The notes under the pieces were generated by a model, which had not been told where the DNA came from, ran no database searches, and saw only the letters and a list, made by a program, of their open reading frames with translations. Positions 33,598-35,076 of a DNA stretch of 35,076 nucleotides are shown one piece after another (within the stretch, counting starts at the first letter, position 1; each line of letters starts with the position of its first letter). Both the position numbers and the translations under genes were made by a program. Source of the stretch: an uncultured Geminicoccaceae bacterium (GTDB taxonomy: Bacteria > Pseudomonadota > Alphaproteobacteria > Geminicoccales > Geminicoccaceae); the NCBI GenBank assembly GCA_964445185.1, contig CAYUKE010000001.1:1-35076 (forward strand). Reading direction: 5' to 3'.

Positions 33598-35076
33598 TCC
33601 GCGGGCGCGACCGTCGTCCGGACAACGCGGGGGAAGGCGGCGTCGACGGCCGCAGGCGTCAGCGGCAGCTGGATGTAGCGGCCCTCGCGCCAGAGTTCGA
33701 CTTGGTCGGCGAAGTTCGCCGAACCGAGCCAACCGTCCTGCCCGCCGAAGAGAACAAACCAGTTGCTGTCCGCGTCGGCCATGTCGCTGATGTGCCGGGA
33801 TTGCGCGCCGAAGGTCGCGCGATGACGCCCGTTCACGAGGTTGTGGCTACGCTTCATCAAGGTCTCGCGCGAGCCGCCGCTGGGCAGGTCGGCGACTTGG
33901 AAGAAACGCCTTAGCCCCGGCACGTTGCCGAGCAGGTGCTGCACGCGCACCCGATGCATGTCACCCCAGGTCGGGAAGGCCTCGGCGTCGCGAGCCGCAG
34001 CCTCGGCGGCGGTCTGCAATAGCCCAAGCCGCGTCTCGGGCGGCCGAGCATCCAGATCCTGCAGCAGGAAGGTCTGCAGGCTGGTCCAGCGCTCGTCGAT
34101 CGTCGAAACGGCCTCGCCATCCGCGGCGTAGAGGCCCTTGGCGAGGTGGAACAGAAGCGTCTCGAAGACGACCGGCGCCCGGTCATCGATTCCGTAGGCC
34201 CCGTCCCAGCCGTCGAGTTCGGTCAGCAGCGGGTGGAGGAGGCCGAGGGCAGCAGCGCGTTCAACGAGGCCCGCCGCCAGCTCAGCCGCGGGCGCAGAGA
34301 CGACATCGACCTGGACGGCACTGAGGTCGCTGAAGCCGAGTTTCCCGCGCTCCGCCACCAGCGCGCCCATCCGCGCCACGCGGTCCTTGGGACTGAAGAA
34401 GTAGCCCGCTGGGCGCCCGATATAGTCGGGTCGGTCGTTCGCCGACGCGATGAAGCCTTCGGGAGGGTTCTTGACCCAGCCCATGCTCAGCGCCGTGTCG
34501 AAGCCCTGCCATTGGGCGCTGCCCTTGAGAACGAAGTCCTCGGTCTTGAGCGGCGGGCGGACGGGCAGCTTCGCCGCCATCAACATGGCGATGCCGCCGC
34601 CTGAGTCGACCGCCAGCATGTTCTGCGCGCTGACGCCGTAGCTGGCGAAGGCGGCGCGAAAAGCGTCGACATCGCCGGCGCGCGCGGCGGTCAGGAAGGC
34701 GCTGATCTCGTCGGTGGGCTCATGGCCGACCCAGCGCAGCGCCAGAGTCTCGCCGTCGCGTGCAGGCACGAACCGGGAGTCGGACAAGATCGGCCCTTCG
34801 GCCGAAACCCGTCGGGTGACGTCGATATCTCGCCAGAAGCGCGTTCGGACCCGGACGGTCTCTTCCGCAATGCCCGCGTTGCCGGCGACGTCGACGTGGT
34901 CGGAGGAAAGCGCACGGGCGTTGGTCCCGCCCCAGGCGACGTTCGGTGTCCGCCCCAGCTCAAAGAACGGCAGCCCCGGGATCATCATGCCGACGACGTG
35001 GTAAGATGGCGACTTCGCCCCGGCCAGCAGCCACAGGTTCGGTAGGTTGAGGCCGAGGTGCGGGTCGTTGGCGATC
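33594..35076 (-). CDS. penicillin acylase / acyl-homoserine-lactone acylase family Ntn hydrolase, N-terminus outside the window
   Basis: The frame stays open past the track's first Met to the window edge: ...IANDPHLGLNLPNLWLLAGAKSPSYHVVGMMIPGLPFFELGRTPNVAWGGTN. This segment, together with the C-terminal 'LFGGQDGWLGSANFADQVELWREGRY', is characteristic of the beta-subunit of penicillin amidase family proteins. Confidence 0.85.
   Translation of the reverse strand, partial: IANDPHLGLNLPNLWLLAGAKSPSYHVVGMMIPGLPFFELGRTPNVAWGGTNARALSSDHVDVAGNAGIAEETVRVRTRFWRDIDVTRRVSAEGPILSDSRFVPARDGETLALRWVGHEPTDEISAFLTAARAGDVDAFRAAFASYGVSAQNMLAVDSGGGIAMLMAAKLPVRPPLKTEDFVLKGSAQWQGFDTALSMGWVKNPPEGFIASANDRPDYIGRPAGYFFSPKDRVARMGALVAERGKLGFSDLSAVQVDVVSAPAAELAAGLVERAAALGLLHPLLTELDGWDGAYGIDDRAPVVFETLLFHLAKGLYAADGEAVSTIDERWTSLQTFLLQDLDARPPETRLGLLQTAAEAAARDAEAFPTWGDMHRVRVQHLLGNVPGLRRFFQVADLPSGGSRETLMKRSHNLVNGRHRATFGAQSRHISDMADADSNWFVLFGGQDGWLGSANFADQVELWREGRYIQLPLTPAAVDAAFPRVVRTTVAPAE

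Noticed and set aside
1-35076. A window-wide search for CRISPR repeats, IS or transposase ends, integrases, tRNA/rRNA genes, prophage genes, and known defence or toxin-antitoxin modules.
   Set aside because: None was found by eye. There are no regularly spaced repeats and no transposase or recombinase motifs in any long ORF. There is no cloverleaf-like or rRNA-like sequence. The only AT-richer stretches are short intergenic promoters. The window looks like core chromosome rather than an accessory island.

Overview
This is a visibly GC-rich chromosomal segment (third codon positions are almost all G/C). Its gene content resembles a free-living alphaproteobacterium, for example sfsA-map-radC, a phasin and a TAXI-TRAP transporter, but the taxon cannot be proven from this window. 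I support 33 protein-coding genes, two of them cut by the window edges. By eye I find no rRNA, tRNA, CRISPR array, transposase, integrase, phage module or recognisable defence or toxin-antitoxin system.

Gene order:
- glnA, then a divergent second glutamine-synthetase-like gene.
- A Cache-type chemoreceptor, a hotdog thioesterase, a PhoA-family phosphatase, a MenA/UbiA prenyltransferase and a BASS symporter.
- On the minus strand, sfsA-map-radC followed by a small lipoprotein gene.
- A phasin, a GMC oxidoreductase, an AhpD-like protein and YceI.
- An omega-aminotransferase, divergent from an operon of a Cys/Met-type PLP enzyme, two small secreted paralogs and a CinA-like protein.
- A GGDEF/degenerate-EAL membrane protein.
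- A TAXI-TRAP transporter.
- phnD-phnC-phnE plus a SAM methyltransferase, behind a near-consensus Pho box.
- A PLDc_N mini-protein, an SDR and a HAD hydrolase.
- A cytoplasmic sulfatase / phosphonate-monoester-hydrolase-like enzyme.
- A penicillin-acylase-family gene translationally coupled to a bacterial GH3 amido synthetase.

I do not see a clear-cut new 'system'. The candidates most worth follow-up are:
1. The acylase-GH3 couple.
2. The GS paralog that appears to have lost two n1 metal ligands.
3. The Pho-box-controlled phn importer carrying a coupled methyltransferase.
4. A PhoA homolog with no His in two metal-ligand motifs.
5. Two tandem secreted paralogs embedded in a PLP-enzyme operon.

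All homology calls come from motif recognition and by-eye alignment. No database search was run.
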